NCBI GenBank assembly: GCA_964633745.1
Contig: CAZWHZ010000004.1
Coordinates: 1 to 50,998, forward strand
Source: an uncultured Acidimicrobiia bacterium
GTDB lineage: Bacteria; Actinomycetota; Acidimicrobiia; Spongiisociales; UBA4744
Length of the DNA stretch: 50,998 nt
Direction: 5' to 3'
This document shows, one piece after another, positions 31,508-39,592 of the stretch. The translations under genes and the position numbers were made by a program. Within the stretch, counting starts at the first letter, position 1. Each line of letters opens with the position of its first letter. Below the pieces are notes generated by a model, which was not told the DNA's origin, did not search any database, and saw only the letters and a program-made list of their open reading frames with translations.

Positions 31508-34060
31508 TTACTCTTCCAGGAGCCCGTGAGCGGCCAGCCGTTCCCTGTCAAACGTCGTCGAGTGGCGGCGACGGTGCCACGAGTCCCACAGGGCGAGCAT
31601 CGAGGGCAACACCAGAACCGAAGCGATCAGCGCTGCGCCGAGAGCGAAGACGGTCACCTCGCCCATCTGCTGCATCGGTTTGAGCGACGAGGTCATCAAG
31701 ATGCCGAAACCGGCCATCGTCGTGAACGCGGATCCGGCCAGTGCAGCGCCTGTGTGCCGTGCCGTTGACCGGATGGCCTCTTCCTGGTCCTCGTACCGGA
31801 TCCTGTCCTCCTCGAACCTGTGGGTCACGTGGATCGTGAAGGGTACGCCGATGCCGATCGCCATCGCCGACAGCGTGGCGGTCACCGGATTGAACGAGAT
31901 GCCGAACAGGGCCATCATCCCGAACGTCCACAACACGACCAGCGCCACCGGCGCAATCGTGATCACGCCGAGGAACGGTCTCCTCGTCTCGAACCAGAAG
32001 TTCCCCACGAGCAGCAGCATCGCGGCGATGATCGCTACGAACAGGGATCGAATCTGCGAGCTGGACAGCTTCTGGATGATCACCGATGAAATGATGTTGG
32101 TGGACGTGGGCGTCGCCGTCAGTCCGGTGTCTCTCATCTGTGTGAAGTCGCCGTTCAGGTCGACGAGCAATGTACTTGCCCGCTCCTCCCCCGCCGATGT
32201 CGAAATCACGAACTGGGCCGCCGTATACGCCCCATCTGAATCCTTGTGCAGAACACGTCCCGCCGCTTCCGGAGATGCCGCCATTGCTGCGTCGTAGATG
32301 GCCGAGACGTCCGCGCTCGACGATACGGTCAGGTCTGGTTGGAGCCCGGCCGCCCCTGCGGACTGCATGAAGGTCTGATCCCCTGACTGGGCCAGGGTCG
32401 CTATCACGCTCAAAGGGGACTCGGCTGCGGCGAACCCGCCATACGTGACGACATCTGGAGTGTCGGAGAGGCTCTTCGAAGCGTCCAGCATTGCCTGGTA
32501 CGCCTCCGGCGTCGCGACCTGACCCTTGATGAGCACGTTCGTCTGTTCTCCGAACCCTCCGGAGAACTCCCTGTCGAGCGTCCTGAATGCGACAACCGAC
32601 GGGGAGTCGGCAGGCAGGAAGTCGATGAAGCTGAACGTCGTCTTGAGCTGGCTGAGCCCGTAGGCGCCCAGCCCTCCGAGGAGCAGCGCGACGATCAGGG
32701 TGATGACAGGAACACGTTCCGCAAGCACGGCCGTTCGAGCAGCGATCCTCGGAAGCGCCCGCTCGGTGGTCCCCACCATGAACGACTCAGGATGGAGCCG
32801 ATCGTTACGCTCGGCGCGGCGATCGAGCACGAATCTGATCGCCGGCAGCATGGTGAGCATCAGCACAAACGCTGCGACGATGCCGATCGAGGTCAGGATG
32901 CCGAAGTCCTTCAGACCAGGGATGGGTGAGATGAGGTTGGTCAAGAAGCCGACCGCTGTCGTGATCGTCGCGAGGATGAGAGCTACACCCACCGTGCCGA
33001 TTGCTCTCGTAGATGCGCCAGCGACGCTCTTGCCCAGGCTGATCTCTTCCCTGTATCGCCCGGTGAGGTGAATCGCGTAGTCGACTCCAAGGCCGATGAG
33101 GAGAATGGGGATGATCTGCGTGATCTCGTTGAGCTTTCCGACGACACCAAGATGGTCCGGACCGAGTAAGACGGCGAGGCCCTGCATCCACACAATCGCG
33201 GTCATGATCACGAGCAACGTCAGCGATACGTCGGCCGCGGTGCGCCGCACGCTGCTCCAGCGCGATCGACCGCCCTGAGGGCGAACCCAGTACACGTACC
33301 CGAGGATGAGCAGAATGATCAGAAAGGCGCTGATGAACAGCCGCCCAACTTCCTTGGAAAAGTCGAATTCGCTGCCGAACAGCAACAGAGTGCTGAAGGC
33401 CTGCACATTGATGCCGGCACCCGTGTACTGCTCGGCGGCGTTCGCTGCAGCTTGCTCGATGTCGACGATCCCGCTCAGATCATTGCCACCACCCATCGCC
33501 GCGGCGTCCAGGAACACCACCACGAGGCCGGCGGGTGCGGCAGCGTCGTCGAGGCTGCTGTTCGTCGAGACAAGCGCCCGCAGGTAGTCGGCCTGGCCGG
33601 CGGGGGCCTGCGAAAGGCTGAGCGAGTAGAACTGCCGCACCTGCTCGTCGGTCAGAGAATCCAGCGGGATACCCTGCATGGTGGCACCCTGGATCACTCC
33701 AGAGGCGTAGGAAACGATCCCCGCCCTGTCGGCCCGGTCGGAGATGTACGGACCGGCTGCGCTGGCTCTGATCGCTTCCTCGATCTTCTTCACCGTCGTG
33801 ACACCCTCGGCCGAAATGACGTTGCCGCCGGTAAGGATGATCTGCAATGTCTGTTCGTTCCCACCGGTCGAGAACAATTGCTCGATCTCCCTTGAAGCCT
33901 GGATCTCCGGTGTGTCAGGAGCGAACCCCTCTTGGCCGGTCGCGACAACACTGCGCGACGCGAATGAGCCAAGCACAGCGGTAATCAATACCACGACCGC
34001 AAGCGTCCACCACGGCCATCGGCGGACGACTGCGGAGATTGCACCTACCAAACGCTTCAC
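31508..34060 (-). CDS. MMPL/RND-superfamily membrane transporter
   Basis: 850 aa. Two-fold architecture (TM1, large extracytoplasmic domain, 5 TM, repeated). Typical MMPL stretches (GVDYAIHL, GIGVPFTIHVTHRF). GTG start preceded by GGAGGGAG. Confidence 0.85.
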   Translation of the reverse strand: MKRLVGAISAVVRRWPWWTLAVVVLITAVLGSFASRSVVATGQEGFAPDTPEIQASREIEQLFSTGGNEQTLQIILTGGNVISAEGVTTVKKIEEAIRASAAGPYISDRADRAGIVSYASGVIQGATMQGIPLDSLTDEQVRQFYSLSLSQAPAGQADYLRALVSTNSSLDDAAAPAGLVVVFLDAAAMGGGNDLSGIVDIEQAAANAAEQYTGAGINVQAFSTLLLFGSEFDFSKEVGRLFISAFLIILLILGYVYWVRPQGGRSRWSSVRRTAADVSLTLLVIMTAIVWMQGLAVLLGPDHLGVVGKLNEITQIIPILLIGLGVDYAIHLTGRYREEISLGKSVAGASTRAIGTVGVALILATITTAVGFLTNLISPIPGLKDFGILTSIGIVAAFVLMLTMLPAIRFVLDRRAERNDRLHPESFMVGTTERALPRIAARTAVLAERVPVITLIVALLLGGLGAYGLSQLKTTFSFIDFLPADSPSVVAFRTLDREFSGGFGEQTNVLIKGQVATPEAYQAMLDASKSLSDTPDVVTYGGFAAAESPLSVIATLAQSGDQTFMQSAGAAGLQPDLTVSSSADVSAIYDAAMAASPEAAGRVLHKDSDGAYTAAQFVISTSAGEERASTLLVDLNGDFTQMRDTGLTATPTSTNIISSVIIQKLSSSQIRSLFVAIIAAMLLLVGNFWFETRRPFLGVITIAPVALVVLWTFGMMALFGISFNPVTATLSAMAIGIGVPFTIHVTHRFEEDRIRYEDQEEAIRSTARHTGAALAGSAFTTMAGFGILMTSSLKPMQQMGEVTVFALGAALIASVLVLPSMLALWDSWHRRRHSTTFDRERLAAHGLLEE

Positions 34061-34119
34061 AAAGACTCCCTCCGAATGCTGTCAGAATATGTGTATGCTG
34101 GAGCTAGCAGACATCGCGG
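34061..34119 (-). promoter_or_regulatory. AT-richer thrS-MMPL spacer with short repeats (candidate promoter/operator)
   Basis: ATGCTG occurs twice (34076-34081 and 34095-34100). GCTAGC palindromes lie at 34103-34108 and 34119-34124, the second spanning the thrS stop. On the minus strand a TATTCT-like -10 precedes the GGAGGGAG SD. Confidence 0.25.
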
Positions 34120-36045
34120 CTAGCGAGGCGGTTGCACCGCCGCCTTCAACCGAGCGATAGCATCCTCCAACGCTACCCCGCGATCCTCGTGGTCGGCCTC
34201 ATAGCGGCGATAGCCGACGGTTCCCGCAGACACATCCTTGTCTCCGACAACAAGCACGGCCGGCACCTTCAGGGATAGCGCCCGGCGTATCTTTTCCCCC
34301 ACCGTCTCCGAAGTGCTGTCGACATCGACGCGGATTCCGGCTTCGTGGATGGCGGTTGCCACCTCGTCCGCGTACTCCAGGTGCCGGTCTGCGACCGGAA
34401 CGATCGTTGCCTGAACGGGAGCGAGCCACGCCGGAAATGCCCCCGCGTAGTGCTCGACGAGAATGCCGAAGAATCGTTCCACCGACCCGAACAAGGCGCG
34501 ATGGATCATGACGGGACGCTCCCGCGTGTTCTCCGCACTCGTGTACTCGATCTCGAATCGCTCCGGGGTGGAGAAGTCCACTTGTATCGTCGACAGCTGC
34601 CACTTGCGGCCGATGGCGTCCTTGATGTGGACATCGATCTTCGGGCCGTAGAAGGCGCCCTCTCCCTCGGCGATGTCGTAGCTGAGCCCGGCAGTCTCGA
34701 GGGACTTGGCGAGCGCCGCGGTCGCAAGATCCCACAGCTCGATCTCACCGACATACTTCTCGGGGCGCGTCGACAGCTCGGCTTCGAATTCCTCGAATCC
34801 GAAATCCCGAAGCACCATCAACACGAAGTCGAGGAGGTTCTGCAGCTCCGCTCCGATCTGGTCCACCGCGCAGAAGATGTGGCTGTCGTCCTGGGTGAAA
34901 CCCCGTGCCCTGAGGAGCCCGTGGACAACACCGGACCGTTCGTACCGATACACGGTCCCGAGTTCGAAGAGCCGCAGTGGAAGCTCTCGGTATGACCGTG
35001 ATCGACTCTTGTAGATGAGCACATGGAAGGGGCAGTTCATCGGTTTGACAATGTATGAGTCGCCGTGGTCGAGCTCCAGAGGCGGGTACATGTTGTCCGC
35101 GTAGAACCCGAGGTGTCCCGAGGTCTCCCAGAGCTGCGCCTTGGCGACGTGGGGGGTGACAACGATTTGGTAGTCGTTCTCGAGGTGCACACTACGGCTG
35201 TAGTCCTCGATCACTTTGCGTATCAACCCGCCCCGCGGATGCCACACGGCCAACCCGGACCCGAGCTCCGGTGGGAACGAGAACAGATCCAACTCGGTTC
35301 CTAGCTTCCGGTGATCCCGCCGCTCCGCCTCTTCCAGGCGATGCAAGTAGGCGTCCAGCGCCTTCTGGTCTTCCCACGCGGTTCCGTAGATCCGCTGCAG
35401 CTGCGGACGATGTTCATCTCCGCGCCAGTAGGCGCCTGCAGACCTCAGGAGCTTGAATGCTCTCACCCTCGCCGTCGATGGCACGTGCGGCCCTCTGCAC
35501 AGATCGACGAACCCGTTGTTCCGGTAGATGGAAATGACTGCTCCCATCTCCGAGTCGTCGACCGACCGGATGATCTCGGTCTTGAACGGTTGATCGGCGA
35601 AGATCTTCAGCGCCTCGGCCTCGGAGAGCTCCTCCCTCACGAACGGCTGGTCGACGGCGACGATCTCCCGCATTCGCTCTTCGACCCGTTCGAGGTCCTC
35701 CGGGGTGAACGGGCGGCCGATATCGAAGTCGTAGTAGAAGCCGTCCTCGATGGATGGTCCGATCGCGAACCGGGCGCCATCGAACAACGACAGCACCGCC
35801 TGCGCCATGACATGGGCCGTCGAGTGCCTGAGCACGTCTCGTCCTTCTTCGGTGCTCACCGTCACGATCTCGAGCCTTCCGCTCTGGTGCAACGGTCGGG
35901 TCAGGTCGATCAGTACGCCGTCCAGCTTGATCGCTACGGCCGCTGCCGCGAGCCTCGGGCCGATATCGGTCGCGATCTCCAATCCGCTGACTCCGTCGGG
36001 GTAGCTTCTACGGGAGTTGTCGGGAAACTCGATTTCGATGGACAC
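34120..36045 (-). CDS. thrS: Threonine--tRNA ligase
   Basis: TGS domain start VSIEIEFPDNS..., editing-domain HSTAH, class II motifs (FRDE-like, RGFTQDD, HRALFGSVERFFGILVEHYAG). I start at GTG 36045 after GAGGTGG. The 34-aa track extension is rejected. Confidence 0.95.
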   Translation of the reverse strand: MSIEIEFPDNSRRSYPDGVSGLEIATDIGPRLAAAAVAIKLDGVLIDLTRPLHQSGRLEIVTVSTEEGRDVLRHSTAHVMAQAVLSLFDGARFAIGPSIEDGFYYDFDIGRPFTPEDLERVEERMREIVAVDQPFVREELSEAEALKIFADQPFKTEIIRSVDDSEMGAVISIYRNNGFVDLCRGPHVPSTARVRAFKLLRSAGAYWRGDEHRPQLQRIYGTAWEDQKALDAYLHRLEEAERRDHRKLGTELDLFSFPPELGSGLAVWHPRGGLIRKVIEDYSRSVHLENDYQIVVTPHVAKAQLWETSGHLGFYADNMYPPLELDHGDSYIVKPMNCPFHVLIYKSRSRSYRELPLRLFELGTVYRYERSGVVHGLLRARGFTQDDSHIFCAVDQIGAELQNLLDFVLMVLRDFGFEEFEAELSTRPEKYVGEIELWDLATAALAKSLETAGLSYDIAEGEGAFYGPKIDVHIKDAIGRKWQLSTIQVDFSTPERFEIEYTSAENTRERPVMIHRALFGSVERFFGILVEHYAGAFPAWLAPVQATIVPVADRHLEYADEVATAIHEAGIRVDVDSTSETVGEKIRRALSLKVPAVLVVGDKDVSAGTVGYRRYEADHEDRGVALEDAIARLKAAVQPPR

Positions 36046-36107
36046 GCCCACCTCATTGCTGTCGTCTCGTGTAGCGTAAACGACGGCGTCCGTATCACCG
36101 ATCGCTT

Positions 36108-36959
36108 TTGGAGGAGCCCCGGGTGCAGGCACAGGAGATCGCAGCATTGCTCGCAGACGGTGACCGTGTTCACGCGCTGTCGTCAGGTACCAATAGCGTG
36201 TTCCGTATCACCGGCACCGACGGCTCCACCACGATCCTCAAGGTGTACGGTTCGGCTTCCTATCAGCGGCGAGAGCGCAGAGCACTCGAAGCGCTCGACG
36301 GTCTGGAAGGACTGCCTGCCGTCATCGAGTGGGGCTCCACACAAGGAGCCGACTGGGTTCGTTTCGCCGACGCCGGCCGATGGACTCTGGCATCGCTTCC
36401 GGGAGACAGCAAGGCGGCGGAGCAGGCCGGTTCACTTCTCCGACGTCTTCACGAGGCCGACTTCTCTCGGCTCTCGAACCTCGAAGAGGGCATCGGCTCC
36501 GCGTGGATGGAGACGGCGCTTCGCGGCAACTTCGCCCGACTAGAACGGTATCGGCGCAGGCTGAATATCCCTTCCTCGGTATTCGACAAGGCCTCCGACC
36601 TCTCCTTCCCGGTCACCGGACCTCCGAGAGCCTCTCACACCCGGCCTTTTCCGTCAGCGTTTGTCATCGACGACTCGGGAGCTGTGACCTTGACCGGCTG
36701 GACGTGGGCAACGCTGACCCCGGCGGAGTGGGACTTCACGTTCACGTACTGGCACCTCGCGCGCCATCAGAATGCCGGCGAGGCGTTCGCGAGCGGGTAC
36801 GGGGCCAAGGTCGACACCGCCGTTCTCCGAACGTGGATTGCCTTTCATATCACAGCAGCGCTCCTCAGGGAGGCGGAGAGTAGGGACGGACGACTCGACG
36901 ATCTCCGTCCCTACGTCGATCAACTGGTCGGCGCGATCCAGGCGCGTAGATCGACCTGA
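36108..36959 (+). CDS. Aminoglycoside-phosphotransferase/protein-kinase-like fold protein, catalytic motifs apparently degenerate
   Basis: 283 aa. N-lobe-like GTNSVFRITGTDGSTTILKVYGS with a conserved Lys. The region aligning to the Brenner motif H-x-D-x4-N and the downstream IDWE reads SHTRPFPSAFVI ... LTGWTW. Start is TTG 36108, or alternatively GTG 36123. Confidence 0.6.
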   Translation: MEEPRVQAQEIAALLADGDRVHALSSGTNSVFRITGTDGSTTILKVYGSASYQRRERRALEALDGLEGLPAVIEWGSTQGADWVRFADAGRWTLASLPGDSKAAEQAGSLLRRLHEADFSRLSNLEEGIGSAWMETALRGNFARLERYRRRLNIPSSVFDKASDLSFPVTGPPRASHTRPFPSAFVIDDSGAVTLTGWTWATLTPAEWDFTFTYWHLARHQNAGEAFASGYGAKVDTAVLRTWIAFHITAALLREAESRDGRLDDLRPYVDQLVGAIQARRST

Positions 36960-37006
36960 TCTTCATCGGGCCGCTCCGCCGGGAGGATCAAACGACAGGT
37001 GACTAG

Positions 37007-37047
37007 CTCGGCCTGCAGAGATTTCGGATAGCCCGCTGCACGCCGAG
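37007..37047 (+). terminator. Imperfect hairpin downstream of the APH-like gene
   Basis: CTCGGCCTGCAG (37007-37018) pairs with CTGCACGCCGAG (37036-37047): 12 bp with 1 mismatch and a 17-nt loop. Confidence 0.25.
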
Positions 37048-37101
37048 ATTCTGACTGCGTACGGTGGTATCTTGCCCACGATACGCGCGAATGGAGAGAT
37101 C

Positions 37102-37356
37102 ATGTCCCGCCGCTGCAAAGAGCACCAATTCACCGAATCCGTCGCCGTCGGCGGCGGCATCGTTCGTGTCACCTGCTCTCGCTGTGGTGCCGTTCATCTC
37201 GGTCGACGCGATGTGACCCTGGACTCGGGCCTCTTCCAATCGGGTCGCAGCAAGTGGATGGCGTGGGAACCTGACGTCGTTCCACCCGTCCGGTACGAGC
37301 GGACGTTCGGCAAGGCCCTTCGACGCCGGCGCAGACCCCGCTCAGCAGTGGCCTAG
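37102..37356 (+). CDS. Small zinc-ribbon-like basic protein (hypothetical)
   Basis: 84 aa from ATG 37102, with GGAGAG upstream. The track TTG at 37072 adds 10 aa. C-x2-H ... C-x2-C (CKEH...CSRCG) and an Arg-rich C-terminus. Confidence 0.45.
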   Translation: MSRRCKEHQFTESVAVGGGIVRVTCSRCGAVHLGRRDVTLDSGLFQSGRSKWMAWEPDVVPPVRYERTFGKALRRRRRPRSAVA

Positions 37357-37417
37357 GTCGCGAAATCCTTCCCTAACCGCCATCTCGGCCATACACTCCG
37401 CCGCGAGAGGAGGACGT

Positions 37418-37633
37418 GTGGGCCAATTGCTCGTAGCGGCATCGATCATCACGGTGCTGGTTCTGATTGCTGGAAGCCGCTTTCGCGACATCGACCAGGG
37501 CCTCGCGACAGAGACCTGGGTCGAGGTCTATCGCTCAGCCACCGAGCTCCCGTGTCCGTGGTGTGGCGCCGAGACGGAAGAGTCCGATACTGCCTGTCCG
37601 AGCTGCCATCGCACTTTCGGGGTCACTGTCTGA
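37418..37633 (+). CDS. Small membrane-anchored zinc-ribbon protein (hypothetical)
   Basis: 71 aa. GTG start after GAGAGGAGGA. N-terminal TM helix (LLVAASIITVLVLIAG). C-terminal CPWCG-x11-CPSCH zinc ribbon. Confidence 0.55.
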   Translation: MGQLLVAASIITVLVLIAGSRFRDIDQGLATETWVEVYRSATELPCPWCGAETEESDTACPSCHRTFGVTV

Positions 37634-37646
37634 GTAATCTGCTCTC

Positions 37647-38591
37647 GTGAGCAGAGTAGGTCTTATCCTCGGGGGTGGAGGCGTAACCGGCGCATCCTTT
37701 CATCTCGCGGCATTGCTCGCGCTGGAAATGGCAACCGGGTGGGATCCCACCACGGCCGACGTCATCATCGGTACTTCTGCTGGTTCGTTTGCTGCCGCGG
37801 TGGTTCGCTCGGGCAGCCTCTCTTTGGACAGCATCGTCCGCCCAGGAGAACGGGAAGAGGACGTTGAACGGCGCATCCGCGCGTGGATCTACAAGAAGAA
37901 ACCCCTGAACGGGGTCGGTCGTTGGTTGCGGCACGGAATCCTCCCCGGTCTGCGGCACCCCGGCGTTACGTCGCTGCTCGGTGCGCCTGGACGCTTCGAT
38001 CCATCGGGAATCGGAGACTGGGTTGCCTCCCAGGCCCCGTCCATCGCCGACAGCTGGCCGGATCGACCGACTGTCGTGGTCGCCTACGGTCTCGAGGACC
38101 GCCGCAGAATGGCGTTTGGCACGACCGACGCCCCCGATGTGACGCTCCGTGATGCCGTGTCGGCCTCCTCCGCGGTGCCGGTACTCTTCGACCCCCACAT
38201 CATCAAGGGCAAGAGCTACGTCGATGGGGGGGTCGCTTCGGGAACCAACGCCGATCTCGTTCTCGGCAACCCCGAGCCACTCGACCTGCTCTTGATCCTT
38301 GCACCGATGGCAGCGGAAGCTCAGAGGAGCGGTGCCCTCTTCTACGAAGCCGTGTTCGACCGTGTTGGACGCTCTGCGCTTCACGATGAACTCGAGGCGG
38401 TGGCAACGGTGTGGCCAGACACCGACACACTCGTGCTTCGTCCAACCTCAGCCGTACTCGCCGCCATGCGGCCCAATCCGATGGATCCGGCGCGTGCGGT
38501 GCCGACTTTCGTGCGCACGCTGGCGTCGCTCCGCTCCCGACTCGCCCGGGCCGAGGTGTGGCAGGTTCTCGAGCGTCACCTGGTCGCCTGA
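37647..38591 (+). CDS. Patatin-like phospholipase
   Basis: 314 aa. Oxyanion GGGGVTG, nucleophile elbow GTSAGS (GxSxG), catalytic Asp in YVDGGV. GTG start 14 nt after the preceding ORF. Confidence 0.85.
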   Translation: MSRVGLILGGGGVTGASFHLAALLALEMATGWDPTTADVIIGTSAGSFAAAVVRSGSLSLDSIVRPGEREEDVERRIRAWIYKKKPLNGVGRWLRHGILPGLRHPGVTSLLGAPGRFDPSGIGDWVASQAPSIADSWPDRPTVVVAYGLEDRRRMAFGTTDAPDVTLRDAVSASSAVPVLFDPHIIKGKSYVDGGVASGTNADLVLGNPEPLDLLLILAPMAAEAQRSGALFYEAVFDRVGRSALHDELEAVATVWPDTDTLVLRPTSAVLAAMRPNPMDPARAVPTFVRTLASLRSRLARAEVWQVLERHLVA

Positions 38592-39571
38592 GGGATCTCC
38601 TCCAGCCACGCTGCCTTTTCCTTTTCTCCCGCAAATGAAGCCTCGATCGATGACCGCGCGATCGAGGCGACATTCTCCTCCGTCAGTCCCAGTGCGGTCG
38701 CTGCTGCAACGTAGTTGTCCACGATGTACCCCCCGAAGTAGGCGGGGTCGTCGGAATTGATCGTGACGACGGCGCCGGCATCGAACAGGCGCTTCAGGTT
38801 GTGTTGCGCCAGCTTCTGAACCACCTGAAGCTTGAGGTTCGAAAGAGGGCACATCGTGAGGGGGATCCGCTCCTTGACGACCCGGTCGAGGAGCGCCGGG
38901 TCCTCGTCGATCCTCACCCCATGATCGATCCGTTCGGCGTGGAGGAGGTCCAATGCCTCCCGGATGTACTCCGGAGGGCCTTCCTCCCCTGCGTGCGCGA
39001 CGACGTGAAGTCCTTCGTCGCGTGCTCGGGCAAACACACCGGTGAACAGTGACGGAGGTCGACCCGTCTCCGATGAGTCGAGCCCGACGCCAATGATCTT
39101 CATCCGGTGACGAAGGCCATCTTCGAGAGTCCGCATCGCCGCCTCTGGGCTGAGATGGCGAAGGAACGACAGGATCAGTGCAGCCGAGACACCAAGATCC
39201 GATGCCTCCTCCACGGCCCTGTGGAGCCCCGAGATCACAACATCGAAGGGGATGCCCCGGTCGGTATGCGTCTGTGGATCGAAGAAGATCTCAGTCCTGC
39301 GCACTCCGTCCGCAGCAGCGCGTTGCAGATACGCCCATGCGAGGTCATAGAAGTCACGCTCGGTTCGAAGGACGGCTGCACCTTCGTAGTAGATGTCGAG
39401 AAACGACTGGAGATCGGTGAATGCATATGCCGCATTGATCTCCTCGACCGTCGAGAAACGCAACGCTACGTCATTTCGCTTCGCGAGTGTCAGCATGAGA
39501 TCCGGCTCGAGCGACCCCTCGATGTGGATATGCAGTTCCGCCTTGGGGAGGCTTCGAACGTAGCTCTGCAC
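38576..39571 (-). CDS. add: Adenosine/adenine deaminase family protein
   Basis: 331 aa. LPKAELHIHIEGSLEP, HAGE, SDDPAYFGG metal and catalytic motifs. The 3' end overlaps the convergent patatin gene by 16 nt. Confidence 0.92.
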   Translation of the reverse strand: MQSYVRSLPKAELHIHIEGSLEPDLMLTLAKRNDVALRFSTVEEINAAYAFTDLQSFLDIYYEGAAVLRTERDFYDLAWAYLQRAAADGVRRTEIFFDPQTHTDRGIPFDVVISGLHRAVEEASDLGVSAALILSFLRHLSPEAAMRTLEDGLRHRMKIIGVGLDSSETGRPPSLFTGVFARARDEGLHVVAHAGEEGPPEYIREALDLLHAERIDHGVRIDEDPALLDRVVKERIPLTMCPLSNLKLQVVQKLAQHNLKRLFDAGAVVTINSDDPAYFGGYIVDNYVAAATALGLTEENVASIARSSIEASFAGEKEKAAWLEEIPQATR

Positions 39572-39592
39572 TGCTCACTTCTCTTGCCGGCT

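Noticed and set aside
37647-38591. Patatin-like lipase as the effector of a CBASS-type or other anti-phage defence system.
   Set aside because: No cyclase/nucleotidyltransferase, SAVED/STING, ATPase or nuclease partner is adjacent. The only neighbours are two small zinc-ribbon ORFs and an APH-like gene.
38576-38591. 16-nt convergent overlap of the patatin and add 3' ends as a regulatory antisense arrangement.
   Set aside because: Short convergent overlaps are common in compact high-GC genomes. No structure or motif was seen in the overlap.
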